64,000 bases of DNA from Nitrososphaerales archaeon (lineage in GTDB: Archaea; Thermoproteota; Nitrososphaeria; Nitrososphaerales; UBA213). The notes under the pieces are model-generated. The model did not search any database, was not told the origin of the DNA, and saw only the letters and a program-made list of their open reading frames with translations. Positions within the stretch are counted from its first letter, which is position 1. The number at the start of each line of letters is the position of its first letter. Positions 21,463-33,017 of the stretch are shown one piece after another. Both the position numbers and the translations under genes were made by a program. The stretch lies in the NCBI GenBank assembly GCA_965197925.1, contig CBDAOC010000018.1, positions 128,001-192,000 of the forward strand. Direction: 5' to 3'.

Positions 21463-22514
21463 GAGCCTATCCTAAAATTCTAGCTGATAGTTAACTATTG
21501 GTAGAAATGATATCATTTAGAATGTAAGAATATTAGTTCATACTGTCAGGTTTAGTTTTCTTACTATTGATTTTATTAGTATTGTAGATAATAGATACTA
21601 GAAACAGTTGCATTAACGTGTTTATGACACTACCAATATATCGCTCTGTACACTATTAGGCAGTTAGCAAATTCTACTAGCGCCTGATAATTTTCCTCTC
21701 TCTTCTCGAACCTTACCAATAACTTTCTGAACCTGTTATGCCAAGATGCGGTTCTTTCTACAACCCATCTCTTTGCTTTGTATAAATTCTTTTTCAACAC
21801 TTCACCCTTATGACGAATGTGATCCACATATCCCCTTCCTAACTCCATATTTCATACTCTATACTCTATCTCTGGAAAATCGTATCCTATTCATGCATAT
21901 GTTCTGTTTAACTTTGGGCCTATCAACAACAATGCTATCTATTGTAGGAAAGGCTGATTTCATATCGTGTTTATTTGCTTCAGTAATTACAGATGAGGTA
22001 CTCCTCTTCTATCAACCAGCATGTGACGTTTGGTACCTAGCTTGCCTCTATCCGTTGGGTTTGCTCCGGTCGTTTTCCCCCTAATGGGGCCTTCGGTACG
22101 CTATCCATGGATTGCCAGTCCCATCCTATACCCTTCAATTCATCATATATTTCCAGCAGCCTCTTCCATACCTTCTTGAATACTCCTATCCCAATCCATT
22201 CCTGAAATCTTGCATGGCAAGTTGAACCAGAACCAAATTCTTTCGATACCTTCTTCCACTGGCATCCAGTTCTTAATACATACAGTATTCCATTCAATAC
22301 TTTTCTAAATGGCACAGCTGGCCTTCCAACTGTTCTTGCTGGTTTCCCTGGCGGCAGCACTAGTTTGAACTCTTCCCATAGATTGTCTGGTATATGCCAT
22401 ATGGTCGGCATGCTCTTTTTCTTTGATTTTCTCACAAATTTAGCTAGAGATAACGGTTCTAGATCTGTTTCGGTATAAACAATTAGGCTATGATGTTAAT
22501 TTTAGGATAAGCTC
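21463..22514 (-). mobile_element. IS5-family element with fragmented transposase
   Basis: IR GAGCCTATCCTAAAATT / AATTTTAGGATAAGCTC; TTA on both flanks; ORFs 22037-22435 (LRTGCQW) and 21630-21848 (RWVVERTASW..RFRKL). Confidence 0.88.
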
Positions 22515-22870
22515 TTAATCGTATCTTGTAATTTATGGGAGAATGTGAAGACATTCTTTACCCATTCTTGAAGAATACGTTACCCGATTTATGGAGAGAG
22601 TCTGCAAATCAAATTGAGTCTATTGAACAAGATACAAGAGGTATTCAATGAATGTGAATCAACCTTATCTAAAACATGTAGATTTCATTTATTTGTTACA
22701 ATAATATTGATAAATATGATATTAAGGAATTAAACCACCTATGCGACTCCCATTACATTTCAGAAAGTTCGTTATTACCTACGAAGCTCAAAAAATAATG
22801 GGAATATCATAAAAGAATTCATCTATACTATTAGTATTGGTTGAATATTAAAATTAATTTTTGAGCTAAT

Positions 22871-23965
22871 TGAGGCTTGGGCGTAATTTAGTTCGAAACG
22901 ATAAGATCAGGTTCTAGTTTTTATTGGTAATATGTTTAGCTCAGACTCCATACTTCTTCGTATATTATTTTTGATTGACGTGATTCGGCCAAAACCTCTT
23001 AGGAAAAGGGGTAGACCATTCTACTATTCTCCTACAGTAATGATGAGATGCTTCATCGTTAGAGTATGGATAAGAATACCAGGCAACAATGTGTTACATC
23101 AATATTTTTCGATAGACATGCCATACAACAGGAAGGTAATGAAGGCATGTGGTCTTGATAAGTTGCCAGACAGAAGAACATTCGACAGAAGGTTCAAGGC
23201 CATATCAATTGACATAAGATCAAGGATAGATGTTATGGGTATGCTCTTCATAAAAGATGGGTTGGTAGACTCATCCATAGTATCCGTTGACAGTTCCTTG
23301 TTGAAAGCAAAGGGACATGTATGGCATAGATCAAACATGAAGAAGAATGAAGTGCCACGCTCCGGTATAGATACAGATGCTCGATGGGGATTCAGCAGAA
23401 CCAAGGGATGGATATTCGGATACAAGATGCATCTAGCATGTAGCACAGGTTCATTGATAGTTCCATTATCAGCTGATTTCACAACAGCTAACATTACTGA
23501 TAACAAGATGTATGAAAGCATAACATCTTCATTGCCTACAGGAATGGTAAGGTATGTTGTAGGAGATGAAGGATATGATGATCACAAGTTATGTGATTTC
23601 AGCAGGTATAGAGGGCATCCAGTATTCCCATTGGAAAGGTATAGGCATGCTACAGATAATAATAGACTGGCATTGCTGCAGTTCTATAACTCTGAATATA
23701 GGCGGCATGTATATTCTCGGAGGAGCATAAGCGTTGAGCCATTGATAGAGCATATGAAGGATGTATTTACCATAGATCCATTGCCAGTTAGAGGGTTCGA
23801 TAAGGTAAGGAGCATTGTATTGTTATCTGCATTATTGTATCAGGTAATGGTGTACTACAATCATCTAGCAGGAAGACCATTAAGGGCATTGAAGCACATG
23901 CTCGGAAGTTAATCAATCAGAGGCATCAAGTTATTTTTGTTATATGGAATAATGCCCATGCCTCA
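22871..23965 (+). mobile_element. IS with DDE_Tnp_1-type transposase (22932-23912, apparently intact), copy 1
   Basis: IR TGAGGCTTGGGC / GCCCATGCCTCA; VDSS, GYKMHL, GDEGYD, SVEPL motifs; second copy at 35502. Confidence 0.88.
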
Positions 23966-25129
23966 ATTACCTACCTTTCTGCAATTGCTTCAGATACTGT
24001 AGGTTTAGCTAATAGTCCTAGATGCTCACCCGCCTCAGGTTCAATTTTTGTATTAGGTACCACAATAGTTAATTGTGTAGCAATTGACAATGCAGGTAAC
24101 CTAGCAACAACAACATTCACAGTTGAAGTACAGGATACTATTCCCCCAACAATATGGTCTCCGGGTGAGATCAATTTAGAAGCCACCGGTACATTGACTC
24201 CAATAGCCCTTTCACCCCCAGAGGTCACTGACATTGTAGATACTTCACCCAAGATTAGGAGTGATGCTCCTAGAGCTTTCCCGTTTGGAACTACAATTGT
24301 CACATGGATAGCTACAGACTTTTCGGGTAATTCCATAACAAACCAACAATTTATAACTATTATAGACCCCTTGCCAACTAAACCAAATACCATAATCGAT
24401 AGTGCTGACACTGGAGAAGAGGGTTCTCTCGTCACATTCTCCGCAATTGGTTCCGTTCAACCAGAGGGCCATTTTATCAATAGTTATGAATGGGATTTCG
24501 GTGACGGAGCTGGTGAATTAAGTGCCAAGGTGGCACACATATATGATGACGATGGCAACTACGTTGTTACTTTAACTGTGATTGATGTTGAAGGTCTAAT
24601 TGGAAAATCTACCAAAAAAATTCAGATATTAAATGTTCCTCCCAGCATAAGGGAGTTCAATGCAGATAAAGAAACGATAGATATTGGTGATACGGTCAAT
24701 ATTGAGGCTATGTTTGAGGATCGTGGTGAATCTGATACACATACAGTAGAGTGGTATCTTGGAGGGGAAAACATTATTATTCTTGCTGGAGTTTCTTCTG
24801 ACCCTCAACATGAGAGTTTTACATTTAACGAACTTGGAACTTACAAGATAACCTTTGTAGTTAGAGATGATGATAATGGTGTAGCAGAGGAGAGTATAGC
24901 TGTTATAGTTAATCCTTTATCAACACCACTCATCCCTCATAATGCTTGGCTATTTGTAGCAGGGGCTGCTAGTGCAGGTGGTGTGGGTGTAGGTGGATAT
25001 GCTTTGATCAGGTTCTTTAAACCACTCCGTAAACCAATTAGCAATACAGGTAATACATCAAATCATGGGGAGAAACCTAATACCAATCAACCACACATAA
25101 GTGTGGAAATTCGAAGGGGTATAGAATGA
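23966..25129 (+). pseudogene. HYR + PKD domain surface protein, 5'-truncated at the IS end, with C-terminal TM anchor
   Basis: Frame continues upstream of 24194 (SGSIFVLGTTIVNCVAIDNAGN, HYR-like); YEWDFGDG PKD motif; C-terminal TM. Confidence 0.75.
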
Positions 25130-25705
25130 CAGTAGAACCAGGGATCTCTTCCAGCAATATGGCTGGCAAAGTTGGAACAGAATTAGGTAATGCCTTTGAA
25201 GGTATATTGAACAACGCGGAATTGAATCAATTGCAGGAGCTGAAGGTTGTTGCTGGATGGTATAGGGAAGCTAAAGAAGATCCAACTATGATTCCCTCAT
25301 TGATAACAAATAAAATCCTTGAGCATATGTTAGAGCACCTAAAACCATATTTCATCAACCTCTTAATAGAACATTTCAAGTTTGAAACCCAAGCTAGAGC
25401 ATAGGGTACAAGATTCGATCTGAATTTTAGTCTAAAACCTAAAAAGCCTTATGTGGAATTGGTTAAGGCATTTGAGGGAGTAGAAATTCCCCCACAAGTT
25501 AAGATTGACATTCCAGATTAATACGAATCTAGATGGAAAGAATTTAGAAATTCATCCGAGTTCAGAAGGTATAGTGGTAGAATTAGAGAAGCTCATTGTT
25601 TCTTTGAAACTATTAATCGTGAAGCTACCAATCACTACTTTGAGTGAACCAAAGTTCTTGGGTGAAAGGAAATTTGAACTAAGCAAACTTTCTTTGAAAT
25701 TATAG
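25126..25705 (+). pseudogene. Hypothetical gene apparently broken by an in-frame TAG and a frameshift
   Basis: Coding-like reading continues past TAG 25402-25404 (GTRFDLNFSLKPKKPYVELVK) into ORF 25505-25705. Confidence 0.45.
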
Positions 25706-26395
25706 AATTGATAGTTCAAGTCCCATTTATTGAATTGATTTAGGCATGATCGTACTACGAAATAAGAAAAGGTCATCTAAACTCCTGATTGATGATATAT
25801 TATAGGATGATGATCTGTAATAATAATCAATAATAATCTAACATTTTTCTAAAATTATTTTTAACTCTATTGAAGATTGGAGTTTAAGGTCAGCTGATTT
25901 TAACAAATTTCAAGTTGTCCAAAATACTGCGTATTGCTACGGCAGAAACACCTGCAGACTATGCTATATCAGCAATGATGGACAAAGGAATAGCGGTAAC
26001 TAATTTGTAAGACATAATGATAGGAACGGCCATCTTTTGCAGTTGGTGTAGTTCTGACGACCTAGGAAGAAAAAAAAGAAAAGAAATAACAACCACTAGA
26101 TAATTTTTTTGAGAGAATCTTTTTGACCTATCAAATTGGAGAATTTTTGCACTATGAAGAATGTTATCAATTCTTTCTTACTAGTGGGATTCCTCATACT
26201 TTTTTCATCCTTCTCATACTTCTGGCATTCATTTAGCAGACATTATCATTTCAAAATTTTTATGCTTCGGGAAAATACTAGAAATGCTTTAACTATAGGA
26301 AATCTATACATGGGGGTGTATCAAAATTTGTTAAAAGTGTACAACACCATAAGAAAGAAAACTTCTTTAAATGGTATGATTAACCACTAATAGGT

Positions 26396-26638
26396 ATGCC
26401 AATATCCTATGTTCTCATAAACTGTGATCTTGGATTTGAAGAATCCATTGTAAAAGAATTAGGAGGGATTCCAGATATAACAGAGGTGCGTGGTGTCTAC
26501 GGGGTATTTGATATATTTGTTAAGGTTCAATCTGATGATATGGATCGAGTGAGAGATGTTGTAACAAAGATAAGAAGATTTGATAAGGTCCGATCAACCA
26601 ACACACTTACAGCAATATTGGAACAGGGTGGCAAGTAA
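26396..26638 (+). CDS. Lrp/AsnC ligand-binding-domain protein
   Basis: SYVLINCDLG, EVRGVYGVFDIFVKV, KVRSTNTL. Confidence 0.9.
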   Translation: MPISYVLINCDLGFEESIVKELGGIPDITEVRGVYGVFDIFVKVQSDDMDRVRDVVTKIRRFDKVRSTNTLTAILEQGGK

Positions 26639-27141
26639 CTTATTTCAAGACTTTTCCTTGGTTAGAGCTTAATTTGAAGAACTTTCATGATTAGAGTCAT
26701 CCAATTACAGTTCTGTTCAAAAGAAAATATCATAACTAAACAAGATAAAACATAAGGATTCGCTGTGTATACTAGTAACTTATTCATAAGACCTATTTCA
26801 CCCTCATCTACTCTCTGTGGTGGTGTTTGACAATCTGCTATGTGTATTATAATTATTGTTTCTACAAAGTTCAAAATGTGGATCAATACTCCCCCAATCA
26901 ATCAAGATATTAATTTCAGAATAAGTTCTATACATAAAGCACTTGATTGCACTAGGTCTCAATATAACTACAAAAAGACAGGTGAGTCAATGAATATATT
27001 ATCGACCAGTGTCCACTTTTTATGGCTCCGATTGATCTTCTATTAACACATACCAACTTCTGGCCGATTAACCCTATCTAATCTTACATCTAAAATTATA
27101 TCAAGAACAAATTTATTGTTCTTTGATTCATTCTGCTGATA

Positions 27142-27435
27142 ATGACATTTGAGTCATTTAGTTGGATAAAAAGAATTGTACTAAAACAAGAGAGATTCAT
27201 GAGAAAAGAATACACAGAACAATATGTTACTCGGTGCTTGGGGGATGGTATTAACCCGTTGCCCTATGCAGCATGGAGACAACAGAGGAATGAACCAAAA
27301 TTGTTGGAATTTCTGATAGAAGAAAATAGGCTCAATCACACAACGGATGATCAAGATCCGTTAAATACATATTTTAGTGATAGGATATCTGTATTTGCAG
27401 GTATCACTGAAGCCCCTACTCTTCCCGTTGTCTAG
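27142..27435 (+). CDS. Hypothetical protein
   Basis: ORF only. Confidence 0.4.
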   Translation: MTFESFSWIKRIVLKQERFMRKEYTEQYVTRCLGDGINPLPYAAWRQQRNEPKLLEFLIEENRLNHTTDDQDPLNTYFSDRISVFAGITEAPTLPVV

Positions 27436-27819
27436 TTCAGAAACCTGAATTAGAAGACTTTTCAAGTAGCTGCGGGAATTTTTACTCGATTTGTGCCCGT
27501 TGCGTTTTCACGTTTCGGAATATAAATTAACCAGGAGCAACAATTAATAAGAATTTATTTTTTCGGCCTTAAATCAATTCCGATTTTGTCTTGAATTACA
27601 AATCATTGTAAAACACATTTGTATTTCAAGAGATAAAAAATTAAGATATAGTTCAAGATTGCAAATGGGATATGCTAAGATCTACAAGAAGGAAGTATTT
27701 GTTGTTCAAAGAGATAGGTGGAGCATGCTAAACAGAATGGAATCCAGGAGCCTGTCACCAAAGTTCTTGAAATGGAGAATTTAAGAATTCTTGTATGATT
27801 ATCAGCCGGGCCATGTTAG

Positions 27820-28620
27820 TCCTTTGTGAAGTATGTAAATGCTTTCTGGATTTCCTTAACTTCTATCACACTATCTCATACTAATCATTATTGATCAAGG
27901 ATAAACTTGCTGGTTCGATACTGCGGTTTCTATAGCGTACATTTCCTATTTTCTATTCCTCACAGGATTGAATCTGAGCTGTATTTTGCCCTAATGGAAT
28001 CAGGAAGATTTTCATTCCATACTTCCCAGTACCATCTGTCTTTTCTATAATTCTCCCAACTCTACCAATAATTCCAATTGGATTTATTGAGCCAGTCATT
28101 AGAACATCTCTTTTGACCCCCTTCTTGACTAATTCAGAAATAATTAAAATCGTAATGGCTACTCCAGCACTTTGACCAACCTCTACCTTCATATCTTGAT
28201 CTGATTCTATCGCAAATATCATATCATAGTTTGATACATCTACAATATTCTTAGACACCTGAACTGCAGTCCTCACTGAAGGCTGAAAATCCACTACAGT
28301 TGAGGAGATGTATCAATGAGAATATTTCCAACTCCCAGTCTAATTTCCACAGTTATCTGCATGGTTGTATCAAATCTGTAGCTCTGGAAGAAATCACCCA
28401 TTGGAACCTGCCTGACGCCAAGGGTTGTTATGGTCTTTCTACTATCTCCGCTTACGCTGACCGAATAAAAGGGCTTAATCTGAGTATCAGGCGTTTGCTT
28501 AGCTACCTTATTTTGGAAAGATAATTGGTTCTGCAGTGATACCTGTTGACTCATCATGAACTTGATTGTGAAATATGTAGTTCATCAATAAAGAAATTGC
28601 CAGAACGGCCATAACTCTAT
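27820..28620 (-). pseudogene. Lon/S16-type archaeal serine protease pseudogene
   Basis: Fragments DFQPSVRTA, VGQSAGVAITI, VLMTGSINPIGIIGRVG..IEK; frameshifts; boundaries approximate. Confidence 0.75.
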
Positions 28621-28737
28621 AGATTATGGGATTCCTACCTGTAGATTATGGGATTCCTACCTGATGGGGTTAATATTATTCTATTTTCGTTCATCTATAC
28701 ATTAATAATTTAATTATTACCTATTGGTAAAATTATC

Positions 28738-28956
28738 ATGTCTTGGTTTAGGCACGGAGTGGATACTTGGCATCTTGATTGCAATTTGATCTTAGACAAG
28801 CATGATTTTATAGCATCGATAACTAGGACTAACGACACTTTCTTGGTACAGATTCCTGATTCTTCTGAACAGAAGGCAATTAGACAAAGTTTCGATTCTA
28901 CCAAAGAACTAAATGAGTACTTGACGTTGATAGGACTAGAGCAACTTAAGTTATAA
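28738..28956 (+). CDS. Hypothetical protein (72 aa)
   Basis: ATG ORF with upstream AT-rich promoter-like sequence. Confidence 0.45.
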   Translation: MSWFRHGVDTWHLDCNLILDKHDFIASITRTNDTFLVQIPDSSEQKAIRQSFDSTKELNEYLTLIGLEQLKL

Positions 28957-29487
28957 TGCACGAACCCCAACATTATTTTTATTTATTATGGAACGGTAAA
29001 GAAGGTTATCGAGTGATTCTATATTATTCATCCATAAAATAACATAACCACTATGTTTCCTATAAGAAAATAACGTGGGAGAATGGTTAACTACCAACTA
29101 ATTGAACTTTCTAAATTATGATGAATAACTCTAGCCAAATATCATGTGATTTTTACTTTAGGATTATTTCATCAGTTCTTAGGAAATAGTTACTGAGAGA
29201 CAAAAAGAGCACCTGTATTTGTTTTGATAAACATATATCACTTTTACTTCATTGAAGATACTTTACTAATGACTTGGATACGTTTGTTGACTAATCTACC
29301 AAATATATGGTCTGTATAGTTACCTCCTATATCGTCATCATTATATATTCAAGAGAATGAATATATTCAAACTTAGCTGATTATCAGAAGGGAATAATAA
29401 GAAAAACTTGTCCATTGAAGAATAAAATGATTCCAATTTAATTAAGGAAGAACTATAAATGATAAATCATTGTATATAATTGTTAGA

Positions 29488-30018
29488 TCAAAGGGATGCA
29501 ATATTTTTTCGAAAATTCCTGAAATCTTCTAGGAAGCTTTCAGGATCTACATCTACTCTTGGTGGTTCGCCACACCTAATATATCCTGCCATTACACAAT
29601 CCCGAAATTGCTCATCCGTCCAATTGAAGAATGAGCGAAGTGTTTCACATCTTTCATACGCCGACTCCATCCATTCCAAGACAGTCTTGATATAAAATTG
29701 AGCATTAAATCTAACTCTAATTGCTTTAGGACCCTTTCGGATCAGTTCCTCCCTAATTTGCCCACTCCCAGCGAAATCAGTTATTTTACCATTAGAAATT
29801 TTCCTGACTACTGCCTCTGTTTTTATATGTAGTCTAACTTGACTTTCACCCTCTTTTTCATCTTTTTCTTCCAGTTCATGCTTGACCACGTCTTTCAATT
29901 CTATTTCCAACATTTCATCACCCTGGTCACTCCGCGATGTAACTAAAATACAATAATTTGCATTGTCTGATTGCCTCAGGATTCCTCTCACTGAGAGTCC
30001 CCACGAGTTCCTTATCAA
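29488..30018 (-). CDS. Hypothetical protein (start possibly at MLEIELK)
   Basis: ORF with globular, charged composition. Confidence 0.5.
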   Translation of the reverse strand: MIRNSWGLSVRGILRQSDNANYCILVTSRSDQGDEMLEIELKDVVKHELEEKDEKEGESQVRLHIKTEAVVRKISNGKITDFAGSGQIREELIRKGPKAIRVRFNAQFYIKTVLEWMESAYERCETLRSFFNWTDEQFRDCVMAGYIRCGEPPRVDVDPESFLEDFRNFRKNIASL

Positions 30019-30272
30019 ATTTATAGACGCTTGTATGTTTTATTAAATCCTCTAATTTTTCTTTGACTCCACTTTCTTCCAATCAATATAATTTCTCAAA
30101 CAAGTATTATTTAAGCCAATCTTGCTCCAAATGAGCTTAGAGAAAATTAAAGGGCGAGTTGTATCTTTCTTCCAATCTTCCTTACTCCTTATTGACTGTT
30201 ATAAAATGAAAATAGATCATTCCAGAGTATTTTCTCAAAATTTTTCTCAAAATCATATAGATAATATTCTCT

Positions 30273-30398
30273 TCAATCTATTATTCCACATGTGATTTTG
30301 CAGGCCATACAAACTATCTCAACAACTGCAGAAGTAGGTCTCCGCTTCTGCACATGTCTCTCCATACCATGTCCGCATTTACAGGCTACTTGACCCAT
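30273..30398 (-). CDS. 41-aa Cys/His-rich microprotein, putative zinc finger
   Basis: MGQVACKCGHGMERHVQKRRPTSAVVEIVCMACKITCGIID*; TTTAAAAA box about 25 nt upstream. Confidence 0.55.
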   Translation of the reverse strand: MGQVACKCGHGMERHVQKRRPTSAVVEIVCMACKITCGIID

Positions 30399-30603
30399 AA
30401 TAAAATAATCGAAGCTCTATTTTTAAATTCTACTTAACTAACTCTCGTAAAAATGTCTTCAAACATGCTTCATTGGACAAAAAAGGGGGAAGGTAACCTC
30501 TCCTTTAGTTTGCCTAACCGTTCTAGAAAATGATAACTGGGTGAATTTATTCAGAATTTGTTTAAGCATTAGCTATAAACAAGGCTATTTTCTAGAAGAT
30601 GTC

Positions 30604-31602
30604 ATGATACGTATAGATGAACAGAAGATCTTCGAAGTTATAAGGGCAAGAAAGCCCAAAGTAATAGCATTCAACGGACCTGAAGGAATATTTCAAAAAA
30701 TACAGAAAGTTGCAGACAAGGTCAGTAATGAATTCGATTTAACAGCTTACATCATAGGTGACCCTTGTTATGGCTCATGCGATATAAACTCACATGCTGC
30801 TGATATGCTTGGTGCAGAAGTCCTTTTCCATATAGGACATTCAATATCAATCGATCAATTTGGAACCAAGATCGTGATGGTTGATGCATTGGATGATATA
30901 AGCTTCGATTCTGTGGCAGAAAGGTGTGTGACCATATTTAAGGATTATAAAACTCTATCCATCCTTACTGATAGCCAACACTTACATCAAATACAACCAG
31001 TAAGAGAAATTTTGGAGAAACATGGTTTTACGGTTGTAATAGGTAAAGGTAAGGGACAGCTGAATGATGGTCAAGTGTTTGGATGCGAATTCTATCCGGT
31101 ATCTGAAGTTAAGAATGAGGTAAATGCGTATGTGTTCTTGGGCCAGAGTCAATTTCATGCTGCGGGTATTGCACTTTCGAGTGGCAAACCAGTCTTTATT
31201 TTGGATCCGTATTATGATGAAATAAAAGATGTGACAGATTTTGCTCTTGAACTACAGAAGAAATCTATTCTGACTATCTATAAAGCAATGGAAGCCAATA
31301 CTTTTGGATTGGTGGTAGGTTTGAAGGAGGGTCAGTTTATGCTCAATCGAGTGCTTGAATTGAAGAAAGAGCTTGAGAAACATGAAAAACAAGTTAGGTT
31401 GATTGCGCTTACAGAAATCACTAATGATAGATTAATGATCTTCAGTGATATAGATGTATTTATTCAGGTGGCTTGTCCTAGAATATCCATTGATAATTCC
31501 TTTAAGAAGCCAGTTCTTTCAGTGCCGCAGGCAAAAGCATTGATAAACCTATTCAATAAGCAAAATATAGACGACTTCCTGAAAATACCACATTGGCTCT
31601 AA
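30604..31602 (+). CDS. dph2: Diphthamide biosynthesis enzyme Dph2
   Basis: GPEG, DPCYGSCD, HIGHS, GQVFGC, ACPRISID. Confidence 0.95.
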   Translation: MIRIDEQKIFEVIRARKPKVIAFNGPEGIFQKIQKVADKVSNEFDLTAYIIGDPCYGSCDINSHAADMLGAEVLFHIGHSISIDQFGTKIVMVDALDDISFDSVAERCVTIFKDYKTLSILTDSQHLHQIQPVREILEKHGFTVVIGKGKGQLNDGQVFGCEFYPVSEVKNEVNAYVFLGQSQFHAAGIALSSGKPVFILDPYYDEIKDVTDFALELQKKSILTIYKAMEANTFGLVVGLKEGQFMLNRVLELKKELEKHEKQVRLIALTEITNDRLMIFSDIDVFIQVACPRISIDNSFKKPVLSVPQAKALINLFNKQNIDDFLKIPHWL

Positions 31603-31642
31603 TGATAAATAATAGTCTATTGTAAGGTACTACGAATAAGAC

Positions 31643-32191
31643 ATGGGAGAGATTGTAAAACTACCTGGCGAGAGGATTGCGTCAATAGAGGAGTTTGAAA
31701 ATGGAGATGGTACTTATGAGCACGATGGTGTCATTAGAGCCGGTGGATTAGGCAAGGTCTTACTTGATTTTAAAAAGAGGGTTGCAAAAGTTGATCAAAC
31801 AAAGAAAACTGGGTTTCCGAAGACTGGTGATATTATCTTAGGCTTCATTGATATGGTGCCAGGGAATATGGTGAGTGTGCGCGTCCTTTACGTGAATAAC
31901 AGGAAAACTAATGCCGGATTTATTGCAATATCCTTGATGCGCGGTGGAAGAGGGAAAAGAAGTATTATGTTTAGGGTAGGAGATGTGGTTAGGGCCAAAG
32001 TATCTAGCTTGCTAAACGCCAATATACACATAAACTTCCTGGATCCAACCTTAGGAGTAATCTCTACTAGATGTCATGCATGTGGTGGTAATGTTGCAAA
32101 GGTTAATGGCCGTGTAAAATGTGTGGAATGCGATACATCTGATGAGAGAAAGCTTGCGGATGATTTTGGCAAGGCGAATCTGAAACTGTAA
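31643..32191 (+). CDS. csl4: Exosome RNA-binding subunit Csl4
   Basis: LPGERIASIEEF, S1 domain, C-terminal Zn ribbon CHAC/CVEC, ERKLADDFG. Confidence 0.92.
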   Translation: MGEIVKLPGERIASIEEFENGDGTYEHDGVIRAGGLGKVLLDFKKRVAKVDQTKKTGFPKTGDIILGFIDMVPGNMVSVRVLYVNNRKTNAGFIAISLMRGGRGKRSIMFRVGDVVRAKVSSLLNANIHINFLDPTLGVISTRCHACGGNVAKVNGRVKCVECDTSDERKLADDFGKANLKL

Positions 32192-32201
32192 GGTAATTAA
32201 A

Positions 32202-33017
32202 TTGAAAGTTGCGTTCCAGGGGGAGCGTGGTGCATATAGTGAAATGGCGGCACGTCAGCACTTCGGACCCAATATAGAGGTATTACCAAGAAAGACCCTC
32301 ACAGATGTCTTTCATACTATTGAAAGTAAGAAAGATTTCTATGCTGTCGTACCCATAGAAAATTCATTAGAAGGGAGTGTAAATGAAACTTATGATTTAT
32401 TGGTTTATACAAGAAAGATGGTTTGTAACGAAATCTTTTTTCGTATAACCCATTGCTTAATTAGCTATAGTAATATTGGACTTGGTAAGATAAAAGGCGT
32501 ATATTCGCATCCACAAGCACTTGCCCAATGCAGAAATTTCTTATCGAAATATGAAATGACGCCCATTCCTTTTTATGATACTGCTGGTAGTGTAAAAATG
32601 CTTAAAGAATTTCCTGTCGACCACGCGGGTGCTATTGCCAGTCAAAGTGCTGCGGAAATATATGAAATGAAAGTAATTAAGAAAGGTATAGAAGACAACA
32701 AGAAAAATTATACTCGCTTCTTAGTATTAGCATCCAGAGATTCAGAACCTACCGGCAATGACAAAACTCTGACAATTTTTACAACTAAACATGTCCCAGG
32801 TGCTTTGCATAGAGTAATTGCAGAATTTGCTGCGAGAGACATAAATTTAACAATGATAGTTTCTAGACCCAAAAAGGAGAAACCGTGGGAGTATAATTTT
32901 TATCTTGATTTTGAAGGTCATAGGAAGGATCCAAAAGTCAGGGAATGTTTGAGGTGTTTGAAATCTTATACTGTATTTTTGAAGGTATTGGGTTCTTACC
33001 CTAAATTTGGCCAGTAA
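32202..33017 (+). CDS. pheA: Prephenate dehydratase
   Basis: AFQGERGAYSE, PIENSLEGSV, SHPQALAQC, NYTRF, ACT domain, LGSYP. Confidence 0.96.
   Translation: MKVAFQGERGAYSEMAARQHFGPNIEVLPRKTLTDVFHTIESKKDFYAVVPIENSLEGSVNETYDLLVYTRKMVCNEIFFRITHCLISYSNIGLGKIKGVYSHPQALAQCRNFLSKYEMTPIPFYDTAGSVKMLKEFPVDHAGAIASQSAAEIYEMKVIKKGIEDNKKNYTRFLVLASRDSEPTGNDKTLTIFTTKHVPGALHRVIAEFAARDINLTMIVSRPKKEKPWEYNFYLDFEGHRKDPKVRECLRCLKSYTVFLKVLGSYPKFGQ

Noticed and set aside
25905..26000. TFB-like C-terminal fragment on the minus strand (IA*SAGVSAVAIRSILDNLK)
   Set aside because: Too short and degenerate to call
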